Source: Camelus ferus | Lineage: Eukaryota | Assembly: GCF_009834535.1 (NCBI RefSeq) | Contig: NC_045698.1 | Coordinates: 11,968,001 to 12,032,000 of the forward strand | Reading direction: 5' to 3' | DNA length: 64,000 nucleotides | In this document: in pieces, positions 1-10,828 of the stretch | How the letters are laid out: each line of letters starts with the position of its first letter | Position numbering within the stretch: position 1 is the first letter of the stretch | Position numbers and translations under genes: made by a program | Notes under the pieces: generated by a model | The model's input: only the letters and a program-made list of their open reading frames with translations | Told to the model about the DNA's origin: nothing | Database searches by the model: none

Positions 1-662
1 ATACACTGCTGGTGGGGATGTAAATTGATACAGACACTATGGAAAACAGTATGGAGGTTCTCAAAACACTAAAAATAGAACTATAATATGACCCAACCAC
101 TCCACTCCTGGGCAGAAAAAACACTAATTTGAAAAGATACATGCACCCCAATGCTCATGGCCACATTATTTACAGTAGCTGAGATATGGAACCAACCCAA
201 GATATGGAACCAACCCATGGGAAGTACCCATGAAGAGATGAGTGGATAATGAAATATATCAACAATGGGCATATATATATATATATAATGGAATATTACT
301 CAGCCATAAAAAGAATAAAATTCTGCCATTTGCAACATATGGATAGATCTAGAGATTTTTAGTGAGATATGTCAGACAGAGAAAGAGACATACTCGGTGT
401 TATCCCTCATATATGGAGTCTGAAAAACAAAACAAATGAATGTATACAACAAAACAGAAACAGACTCACAGATACAGAGAACGAAATAGTAGTTACCAGT
501 GGGGAGGAGAAATACAGGGATAGGGGATTAAAAGATGCAACTACTATACATAAAATGGGTAAGAAACAAGGATATATTTTACAGCACAGGGAAGTATTGA
601 ATCACTATGTTGTACACCTGAAACTATCCACTATTGTAAATCAACTGTATTTCAATAAAAAG
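1..662 (+). mobile_element. LINE-1 3' fragment (ORF2 end and 3' UTR)
   Basis: Typical L1 3' motifs (tacactgctggtggg..tgtaaatt, atggaatattactcagccataaaaag, ccatttgcaaca), ending in ttcaataaaa; truncated by the window start. Confidence 0.85.
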
Positions 663-2754
663 AAGAGCTTATGAAGTCTGGTTGTCCTACATTCAGAAAC
701 GTCACTAATCGTTCCAGTGATGTCAGAAGGTTCTGCAAGTTTCTTAAGAACATTTCACCTATAATTTCAGGATTCACTCACAACCATCACTTAGATCCAG
801 TGCTTCATTAAGGAGGGAGATAGCATTTTCTTAGTGTCATTCCTTCTGCATTAGTTAGGCATAATTCTGTAAAGAATAATATATCCTTGTCAATTTTTTG
901 GCCTCCCTGAAATAGAGATTGTATAGGAAGGGCAGGACAAATTCTTTATTCTTTTGATGTATCTATCAATTTTTAGAGTAATGAGTTGGTGTTCTTAAAA
1001 CCACCAATGGCAACTAGTAAGTTTAAAAAAATCAGTATTATTTAACTCATAAATTCTTATATACGTAATATATTGAGTGTAATTATTATTCTTTTTGATA
1101 GTCATACTGTGCCATTTTGGCTAATGAGATCTCTGTCAAATTGGCTTCCTTTGGACATGATCTATTTAGTTGTTGATAGTTTCTGGCTTTACTGCATTTC
1201 AAGATTTCCCAGGCTCATTTTGTACATTATATATTCTATATAGATTTCCAAAAAGTGATTTACTAGATCAAAAGGAATAACTATCTTTAAGGTGGTTTGA
1301 CTGAATGCAAAGTGGCTTTAGAGGTGGGTAGACCAGGATTAGAATCCAAGCTCTATTGCTTCCCTGCTTTGGGGACCTAGAAAGGGCTTTATCTCTCATC
1401 ATGATGATAATAGGACCTCTTATAAGGAAGAGGAAGTAATAATAACGTATAGAATTATTTTATTATAGTGCTAAGTGGAAAAAATAGGACTCACAATTAT
1501 ATTTAAAAAGTCATAGAGAATTATTGTGATCAAATATGCTCACATGTCCATAGTGGTGTCTTGGACGGTGGGACTACAGGTCGTGCAGTCTCTTCTTTCT
1601 GCTTCACACTGTACTTTTCCACACAAGCTGGAAGGGAAAGAAGTAAGATGACTTCATTTATAAATAATAAGCCCACACCACAAATCCCATAGTGTTGATG
1701 AAAATTCATTTGGGGTATGATTTATCGCATACTCTATTTGTATCTTTCGTGGTCAATTTAACCCACTTGTCCTTTAATAGAATTTAATGCAAACTCTGTA
1801 ATAAAGAAAAACACTGATGTGCCTACACTCTGCCATCTGCTTCCTTTCTCTATATTATATCGTATTGATTTCAAGGGACCAGGTCAAAGCGGAGTGTGTC
1901 CTGCTTTCAAGGATGACCTCTGGCGGCTCATGCTCTTCTGCCTCCTCGTTCCCGGGGGAGAACCTCTAGGTTCTGGGCTGACAGCTGATGGCAAAGCAGC
2001 AAATCAGGAAGCAAAATAAAATCTCCCTTTGACACACTTATAAATCAGTTTTCCTATGGGACAGGATGGTTGGTGCTGGTGCACATTGAAAACAGTCTTA
2101 TTGATCAGAAAACTAAACCAGTTGGTTCTTTATTCACCTAGGGATTCAGGTTGATCTAGAGTGATTGTCAAGGATGAATTCATCTGTAATCCTTTAAAAC
2201 GATGGCAAATGATAAAAACTTTAGTGGAAGGTATCTATCTGCAGAGGTTTCTGAGCCAGGATTTGATCTGCTTTTCAGGAATGATATTTTGGTCTTGGAG
2301 TCAAGAGCCATAATTCTTCCTTTAAAATGGACAATGAAATTCTTCAGACACATGGGGTTTAAAGGAAGGTGATAATCAGACGTAACATTTTTCTTTACAT
2401 TTTTTCTATTTAAATATATCTTATTTCAAAAGAGAATCTTGACTTTAATTTTGAATCAGTGTAGGCTAACTCTGACATTGGAGAAACTTGAATACCTAGG
2501 TCTGGTTGATTGATTATGAACAATAAATTGCCTTTGATAGGTGTTCTGGACGCTGTATAAGAAGAAACATGTAAAATAAAGTGTCCTGGTAATTGACAGT
2601 AACTGGGAAGGATTGCTTTTTCTCTTTTCTTTTCCTTTAAATTCCTCCCATCCATGAACAGATTTGCATGCTGATCTCCAGATGAGCCAGACCCAAGTAT
2701 TTAACATCTGGACCACTGTCACTAAAAGCCCTGCTTCCTTCAATAACACATGTT

Positions 2755-3035
2755 TTTTTTTAATCTTAATTTTTATTGAAGTGTAGTCTATTTACAATGT
2801 TGATTTCAGCAAAGCGATTTAGCTATACATACACATACCTTTATTTCAGATTTTTTTCCATTACAGCTCATTACAAGAAATTAAATATAGTTCCCTATGC
2901 TGTACAGTGCTAGGTCCTTGTTGTTTATCTATTTTAAATCCAGTGATGTGTATCTTTTAACCCCAAACACCTAATGTATCCCTCCCACTGCTTCACCCCC
3001 TGGTAACTACAGCTTGTTTTCTGCGTCCGTGAGCC
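2755..3035 (-). mobile_element. LINE-1 3' end fragment
   Basis: T-rich start then tttattgaagtgtagt..tacaatgttg..aatatagttccctatgctgtacag, the reverse complement of an L1 3' UTR. Confidence 0.7.
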
Positions 3036-3270
3036 TATTTCTGGTTCAGCAACACCCCTTGAGTGAGCACTTGTTCCTGGTGCAGGCTCTCTGCATTCAG
3101 AGTTAGAAACACACTGAAGATGGAGATACAGCGCCTGCTCACAGAGACCCTACAGCCTGGCCGGCTGCACTGGACACAGCACACCTGTAAATAAGGGACC
3201 AGCCCTGGCAGCACCAGGGGGGATGTGTGCTGTGACGTGTGGTGACAGGAGCGTCCCCAGGACTGCACCG

Positions 3271-3545
3271 GTCAGGGTTCTCCAGAGAAACAGAACCCAT
3301 GCTTCCCTCTCTGGGTCTCTCTCTCTTATTATGTTAAGGAATTGGGACATGCAGTTGTGGAGGCCAGCGAGTCTGACGTCCTCAGGGCAGGCGGCAGCCT
3401 GAGACCCAGGGGAGCTGATGTTGCAGTCTCAACTCAAACCTGAAGGCAGTCCTGAGACAGAGTTCTCTCTTCCTTTGTAGGGGGAAGCTCAATCTTTTTC
3501 TCTCAGGACCTTCAACTGACTGCACGAGGCCCACCTACTTCACTC
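3271..3545. mobile_element. MLT2-like (ERVL) LTR fragment
   Basis: gtcagggttctccagagaaacagaacc terminus and ccttcaactga..gaggcccacc motifs. Confidence 0.65.
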
Positions 3546-6500
3546 CTATGGCACAAATTCAAGATGCAAAATGGTATGCAGTGAAAATGAGCGTCCCTGT
3601 CTCCTGACCCCCAGCCCCCTCAGGCCCCTCCCCAGCGACGGCAGCTGACACCCGGTGTCACTGTCCTTGTGGGAAGACTGTGCACATGTGAGCAAATGAG
3701 TGTAGGGACTCTGAACGCCATGCCGGCGAGAACACCTTGCTTTTTTCCAGTGAACAAAACATCTTGGAGATTATTCCACTTGAATTTGTTAGTTAAAGCT
3801 GCCTATTTTTATAGTTACGTACTATTCCAGTGTCCAAATGTACCATAATTCATCTAGTCAGCCCCCACCTGCATTGTTTGCAGGCCTGGGCTGGTGCAGA
3901 CAACGTGGCCATAAAGATCCTGGTACACACATCCAACCTCTCCCCCTGTTTTGGCGTAAATCTCTAGGAGCAGAATGGCTACGTCTAAGCAGATGTGCAT
4001 TTGAACTGCTGACAAATTAGCAAGTTGCCCTCCATAGAGACCCTGCCAGTTAACACACCTACAACTGGTTCTTTTCAGCTCCAACTACAGACGCACAAAC
4101 ATAACATCAAAGGCATCATTTCCAAGGGAGGGGCTGGATTTTGGCTGATCCCTTCTCTCCTCCTCCTCACGCTCCTGGACACCAGTCACCAGCGTTCGGG
4201 AGTCGGCTGCCTGGGTGTAGCCTGAGGAAGGGAACACAGTGAAGGGAACTCGCCTGTGGAGACAGCAACTCCAGACCTTCACATTATGAAATTTGGGCTC
4301 TGATCAAATATAAAAGTGTAGGTCTCCTCATGGTGACTTGCTCAAGGGTCACACAGCTCATGTGTGTCAGGAGCAGAACTTGAACAGGGGTTCTTGTTCA
4401 TGTCTTGAGTTCTTGTGGCCCCAGCGTCATAGGTATGGGACCACGCCCACTGAGCTAAGTCACCCGCATCATTTACGAGCTCATCCATCTTCATCCTTAA
4501 AGAGCTGGTCCATGTGCATTGTTAGGACAGCGCCTGCTGCATAGTAAGCTCCCAGCACATGTTAGTGATTATCCTCCTTCTGGTTCCCTAGGCGGTGAGC
4601 CTGGGTGTGGAGTGGGTGGGTGGGGGAACTGGAGGAGACTGGAGGAGTCTGGGCATTGTTGGGGCCGGGCCTGGAGCAGCAGACATGGCTAGGATGGCCT
4701 CCCCACCCTCCCAGCTGTGTAATTCAAACAGCTCCAGCCTGGTAGCAGCATCTGAGTCCAGTGGGCAGAGGACCGTTTTTCTTAATTGAGAGGGAGCTAA
4801 TGAGAGCTGCATTTCTTAGACTCTGCCCATTGGATGAGAACAAACATTAATTACCGCTGGGCTGGAAAAGGCCAGATACAACTGAGCAGAGAGAGGACGT
4901 CTTCCCCCATCAGTGAGAAAGCTGTGTGCAGAGGACCGGCGCGCTTTCCAGCAGCGAACGTCCATCACCGGCCGTGGCGTTAAACACAGAGCAAAGGCCC
5001 CATAAAGCGGCATCCGCGTGGGAATCAATTAAACGTGGGCCGCCCCGCAGCCATGCTCCAGCAGCCGCCTCTGTTGGAGCTTTCAAGGCTCAACAGCTTG
5101 TAGGATGACTGAGGAATAATAATGCTCGGGTTTTCTCTGTGGACTCAAGGAAGCCTGCGGAGGGAGAGCCAGTGTGTCCTCCTTGAAGCAAGATATGGAT
5201 GGCAGTGTTGCCTGCGTCTCCAGGGAGGGCGGGGCTGGCTCTCCCCTGGTGCCTCCTGCAGCTGCCTCTGTCACAAGGGACCCCATGGTCTACTGGTGGC
5301 GCCAATTAGGCACATTCAACACACCTGACGGGGAACCCAGGCTCCCAGGAAGCAATTGTGACCTGGTGCTGCTTCTTTTTACCAGTCGAAGCAACCTACA
5401 TGTCACATTCCCAGCCCCCATCCCGGCAAGGGCGTTTCCCTCTCCAGGCGGTGAGCCTGGGGCGTTTCTAAGTCTCCAGTCAACTGTGGGATTGGAATGT
5501 GGGCCTTTGATTCCTAGGCCAGGGGTCCTTCCTCTGAACCACTGCATTCTGATCTGAAGATAAGTAACATAGTCCTGCGAGGACTTAGAATGAAGACAGT
5601 CAAGATGAGGAACCGAAAATGTTCCCAATGCCATTTTTCTCCTAATAATTGAATCTGCTCAGTAACCCTACCCCAGCAGGGAAATTGTAGGTAATCAAAA
5701 ATAAAAATTAAAAACGCAAGCAAGGCATGTGTTATGCATGTGAGAGTGGGTTTTAGTTGATTTATTCAGTACTTTTTACACATATATACTAACAGCTCAA
5801 ATATAATTTAGCTTCGGTTCTTCTTCCTTTTATCCTCAAATGATTGTCTATTGAGCATTTTCATTTCAGTTCCATTTTCTTCCAGGGGCACGCATACCTT
5901 CCAAATTATTTCTCCACAAAAGGAGTTCACCTTAATGGTAAAGTACCCACCTGTTGGTCATCACCTGATGGAGAAACAGGCTGCATTCATTCATCTGGCT
6001 TTTTGACGCAATGAGCAACGTTAATGAAAAATTCCACACGTGTCTGCATCTCGTCGTCCTTCTCCTTTGTTCTGTGTTTATTCTTTGGGATCTCCTAGAA
6101 TATCTCAGGGATGTGAACCCAGGGCAGACACATCTTAGCATCACTCGGTGTCTCTGGGTGGGGAGGGCGGGGCGGGCAAGACGCCATGAGGAGTGTTTAT
6201 TCAGCGCATTCACAAAAGCATCTGACTGCGTTGAGGAACTCTGAGGGGGTAGGTGCTGATTTAAGTATTTCTCTCTAAGTTAAAACGCATCTTTTGAAGT
6301 GAGGTAAGAAAACAAAAAGCGTCCCCTGACGTCTGGGAGCTGGCCTGACGCTCATGCTGGGCCCTGGTTCTGCTCACGTAAACGGTCGCACAGGACACCC
6401 CAGTGTCGGACAAGGTCACCTGAGACCACGGATGTGACACCAACAAGGCCTCTGTGCACCCAGGAAACACCAGCCTCCTCCCCCTCAGCTGAGACCAGTG

Positions 6501-6768
6501 AGCGCCTCCTGAACCTGAGACAAGTTTCCTTTCTCCATCAGCCCTCCCCGTAGGTAAGCCTTGAATATCCCACCATAGACTCCCCCACGTTCTGACAGCA
6601 CACAGTCCAGACCAAACCCCTGCTCCCTTAGAACGTTCTTCCCTCCTCTTACCCACCCCCAACCCCTTTCTTCCAATCACCCAAGCAAAGCCCGGAGTCT
6701 AGACTAGGCTCCCCCACGGCCCTGTCACTGAGGTGCCCACGGCTCCTCCTGGTCTGCGTCCTCCCTCC

Positions 6769-7179
6769 TGTTACGGAAATGACAGGCCAGCCAAGAAACA
6801 AGCACCTACTCGGAGGGTTGGAGTACTCAGATTTATTACGCCGGCGGGCTCAGAGGGGCTTCTGCTCCGAAGCTCTGAGCACCTCCAAGACATGCACATG
6901 AGGTTTTATAGGGTTAATTACAAGTATGGGCTATCAGCCAATAAGGTTCAAACAACAAAAAGCAAGGAATCAGTACACTGGAGCTTATCAGCTTCGGAAC
7001 AGATCACGTTACTGACACTTGTTGAGCTTGGATTTAAGAGTTAGCTTGTTAGCCCAGTAAACTGACACTAAACTTCAGATTTACGAGTTAGCCCGGCAGA
7101 ACTTACATCAGTAAACGAACACTTATCACACTTAGATTTGTGACTTAGCTCGTTAGCCCATCTGGGCTTTTCCTTCACA
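6769..7179 (-). repeat. 3' LTR
   Basis: Near-identical to 12118-12527; TATAAAA at 6904-6910 and AATAAA at 6832-6837 on the minus strand. Confidence 0.97.
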
Positions 7180-7794
7180 TTCCCCCTCTTGATGCTTTCA
7201 CAACCCTTGTTGGAGTAAGCATCATCACTTACCTGTTGCAGGGGCTCATAATTGGAGGCTAACATCTGAAGTTTTATAGCCTCTATTTGCTCACTGACAA
7301 AGCGGGTCAGGAAGTTTAGGACACAGGGCCCAATTAGCAGAACTGCAAAAATCAGGAGTAAGGGATCTATGAACGGTGCCAGCCAGGAGATCCAGCCCCA
7401 GGGGCCTGTCCATGGGCTCTTATCTAAAATATGTTTTTTCTTTTTCACTCTGTCTTGTAACTCTTGAACCATTTCTCTGACAATTCCTGATTAATTGGCA
7501 TAAAAACAACACTCTTTGATTAGGAAGAGGCATAGTCCCCCCTCTTTGGCCGTGAGTAAGTCCAGACCCCTTCTGTTTTGTAAGACCACCTTGGCCAGAG
7601 AATCAATCTGATTTTGCAAAGTTTCCAGGGTTTTTGCTATTTGTTGGAGATCGTGGATGAATTCACCTGTAAGCTGAAAATACAGGTTGGTACACGGACC
7701 ACTTGTCACCCGGTTCCATGCAGGTTCATTGTAAAGCCAAGGGGAGTGAGGGCATTAGCGTCAGTAGCATCAGCCTTATGATTATCTTAGACAT
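7068..7794 (-). pseudogene. env: env remnant: signal peptide, most of SU deleted, TM subunit with an internal stop
   Basis: ATG at 7794 gives MSKIIIRLMLLTLMPSLPLALQ* (signal-peptide-like). A different frame gives the heptad, ISD LQNRRGLDLLTAKEGGL, CX6CC (CLFLIKECC), a stop at 7491-7493 in YAN*SGIV, a membrane anchor and YEPL. The TM frame runs into the LTR. Confidence 0.93.
7180..7190 (-). other. Polypurine tract
   Basis: AAGAGGGGGAA on the minus strand directly before the 3' LTR TG. Confidence 0.9.
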
Positions 7795-7958
7795 GATGCT
7801 GTGGTGATGGCATTAATTATAACAAGATATAAAATAGCTATCAGGATTTTGTGGCCTATGTTCCAGTCAGGTGAGGCGGCGCTAGCTAGCCCCACTGCTA
7901 GTACGCAGACTGGTATAGCAAACAAGGAAAGAGGCAAGGGAGCACAAAAGAAATACAT
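7782..7958 (-). CDS. Putative 58-aa accessory membrane protein between pol and env
   Basis: Hand translation MYFFCAPLPLSLFAIPVCVLAVGLASAASPDWNIGHKILIAILYLVIINAITTASCLR*; two hydrophobic stretches; overlaps the env ATG; shorter than any ORF in the supplied track. Confidence 0.5.
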   Translation of the reverse strand: MYFFCAPLPLSLFAIPVCVLAVGLASAASPDWNIGHKILIAILYLVIINAITTASCLR

Positions 7959-7981
7959 TTAACAGCTGTGTTGAGCTTTCC

Positions 7982-9840
7982 TCAAGCTTCGGCCATGCGT
8001 TGACTAGCCAGCTTCCAGGTGTGGCTAGAGCAGGGCTCGTCAATCCTTTTCTGGTCCCTCTTGATCTTGATCTTGAGCGGGTCTCCCGGGACACTCTCAA
8101 TTTTTCAGGGACCCTCCGTCTGAGGTGCAGTCGCTCTCTTGACCCTGGAGTGGTGGATCCAAGGGATGATTCCTGCAACTTTAACAGCTGTAGGAGTAGT
8201 TAATACCACTAAATATGGTCCCTTCCATGTTGGTTTGAGAGGTTCCTTTTTCCAATCCTTCACCCATACCTGGTCACCTGGTTTATGGGGATGCACTTGG
8301 ACCCCTAATGAAATGGGGGTTTTCTCTATCACCCAACCCCAAACTTCTCGTAGTACTTTTCCTAGTCCCAACAGTTGTTGGTGAAGCCCTAAATTTCCTA
8401 TTTCTGGGGTGGGATTTCTCATCCTGACTAAAGGTGGCGGTCGCCCGTAGAGGATTTCAAAGGGAGCGTACCCAGTATTAAATCTTGGGGTGCATCTAAT
8501 TCGCAACAGAGCCAGGGGTAGAATGTCCACCCAGGGGAGCTGGGTTTCTTGGCTGATTTTAGCTATCATTTGTTTTAGAGTTCTGTTCATTCATTCTACC
8601 TTCCCTGAGCTTTGAGGCCGGTATGCTGTGTGCAGGTTCCAGCGGATGCTCAGTGCCTTTGCCACTTGCTGTACAATTTCTGCCACGAAGGCGGGTCCAT
8701 TGTCAGACACAATGGAGGTAGGTATTCCAAATCGAGGGATAACATCCCTGAGGAGAGCCTTTGTCACTTCCCTTGCTTTCTCTGTCCTGGTGGGGTAGGC
8801 CTCTACCCACCCTGTGAAGGTGCAGACGAAAACCAGCAGGTACTTATATCCCTTACTGGGCCCAAGTTCAGTAAAGTCCACTTCTAAATCTTCAAAGGGA
8901 GCCAATCCGCATCGTTGTATTCCCATTGGCCCAGTTAGCCCTTGTTTTGGATTGTTTTGTGCACAGAGCAAGCAGCGTTGCGAAACTGATGCACACAGAG
9001 TAGGGAGACAAGAAATTAGGAAATATCGCTTTAAAAGGGCCTCCAAAGCCGTTTTTCCCATATGTGTGGCTTTGTGTTGTTGTTGGAGTAGACGATAAGC
9101 TAGTCAGTTCTGGGATGAAAACCCTTCCATCCGTCATGATCCACCATCTGTCCTTTCCTTTCTTACCTCGTTCAGCCTGTGCCCACTTGTTTTCATCGTG
9201 GCTATATTCTGGGGCAGTGGGTAGCTCTGGCGCTGCCATAACTTTAATTACTGAGTGTTCCCAGGCGGCTGCTTTTCTTGCCTTTTGATCAGCTAGCCTG
9301 TTCCCCTGGCTCACAGGGTCTTTTCCTCTTTGGTGTCCCTTACAGTGAATAACGGCCACTTCCTTTGGATCCCATACTGCCTCCAGTAACTGTAAAATTT
9401 CTTCTTTGTTTTTGATTTCTTTTCCCCCAGCAGTCAAAAGTCCTCTCTCCTTATAGATGGCTTCATGTACATGCAAGATTGCAAATGCATATTTGGAATC
9501 GGTGTATATATTGACTCGTTTTCCTTTCCCTTCCCTTAGTGCCTGGACCAGTGCCCAGATCTCTGCTCACTGAGCAGACCATCCTGGGGGAAGGGACTCT
9601 GCCTTTATTACCTCTCGGGTTGTTGTTACAGCGTAACCTGCTCGCTGCTGTCCATCTTGCATGTAACTGCTGCCGTCTGTGAAAAGTTCCAGGTCTGGGT
9701 TTTGCAGGGGCTTGTCGGTTAGATCAGGCCTGCTTGCATACACCTCTTTGATGGTTTTTTTTTTCAGTCAGTGGTCAGGCTGCCCTTCCCCCTCAGGCAA
9801 ATATGTGGCTGGGTTTAAGGTTCGCACAGTCTCTAGACAG
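7982..9840 (-). pseudogene. pol: pol remnant: RNase H and integrase with stops and frameshifts
   Basis: RNase H motifs FTDGSS, YTDSKY, HCKGHQ (stop 9567-9569). Integrase HHCC (HKATH..CLLC), DFTE, SDNG, GKVE then stop 8591-8593, WKGPY, WIHHSRVK, stop 8105-8107 followed in frame by KIESVPGDPLKIKIKR. Confidence 0.96.
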
Positions 9841-10815
9841 GACTCTTGGATTTTCACATAGAAGCCCCTGGTAGTGGGTCATCCTTGTGTTAGTTATCCA
9901 TTTGTAACCTGGGCCGTTTATCAGGGCCACCACAGAATGGGGCACTTTTACATTTAAAGTTTGTCCCAGTGTGAGTTTGTTTGCCTCGTTGACCAGGAGG
10001 GCTGTGGCAGCGAGGGCCCGTAAACAGGGTGGCCATCCTGATGTTACAGGGCCCAGTCTTTTAGACAAATAGGCCATAGGTCGCTGCCATGGCCCCACAT
10101 TCTGAGTCAGGACTCCAAGAGCGGTTTGGTCTCTTTCATGTACAAACAGATTAATCTTTCGTGTTACATCTGGTAAGCCTAGTGTTGGGGCTTGGGTTAG
10201 CAGTTCCTTTAATTGCCTAAAGGCATTTTCTTGTTTAGTTTCCCACTTGAGGGTTTCTTTTCCTGATCCAGCAGTTGCTTCGTAGAGGGGCTTGGCTATT
10301 TTTGAAAACCCGGGGATCCAGATCCGGCAAAACCCAGCTGCGCCCAGGAACTCTCGCAGTTTTCTTTTTGTTTCCGGTCTGGGTATGGCGCAAATAACTT
10401 GTTTTCGTTCTGGTCCTAGGGCTCGGTGTCCCTCTGAGAGAATAAATTTGAAGTATTTGACTGTCTTTTTGGCCTGGACCAGCTGAGCTGCTAGTATCTT
10501 GTATTGTCCAGGTCCATTTGAGCAAAACTGAATCCATGGGGGTAGAGTCTGGGCGATATTTAGCCAGGAGTCAATGTAAGGGAATTGATCTGGGTGGCCT
10601 GGGGTTCCAGTGATTATTTGATAGACTGCTCGCACTGTTGCTAGGTCCAGAGTTTCTCCTGAGGGCCACCCGACTCCAAAGGCCGGCCATTCAAGCTCAC
10701 ATAAAGTGCGGAGCCTGCCAGGGATCATTCGAATTCCATAGTCTCCTGAGAACCCCTTTTTGAAATTCTTAATCATGCAGTCTAGAGTGGTGGGTTTTGA
10801 CTTAGAGCCTCCCAT
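9793..10815 (-). pseudogene. gag: gag matrix fused in frame to RT thumb/connection (340-aa open frame)
   Basis: MGGSKS myristoylation-type start and MA motifs WPAFGVGWP, GHPDQFPYI, PPW; then directly RT motifs LREFLGAAGFCRIWIPGF and AYLSK..GWPPCLRA; no capsid, nucleocapsid, protease or YxDD. Confidence 0.92.
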
Positions 10816-10828
10816 TCTTTTTAGATGT

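Noticed and set aside
7882..8178. 98-aa ORF at the usual env-leader position
   Set aside because: It ends at 7882 without connecting to env; the signal-peptide-like env start is at 7794. Kept only as an alternative reading of the spacer.
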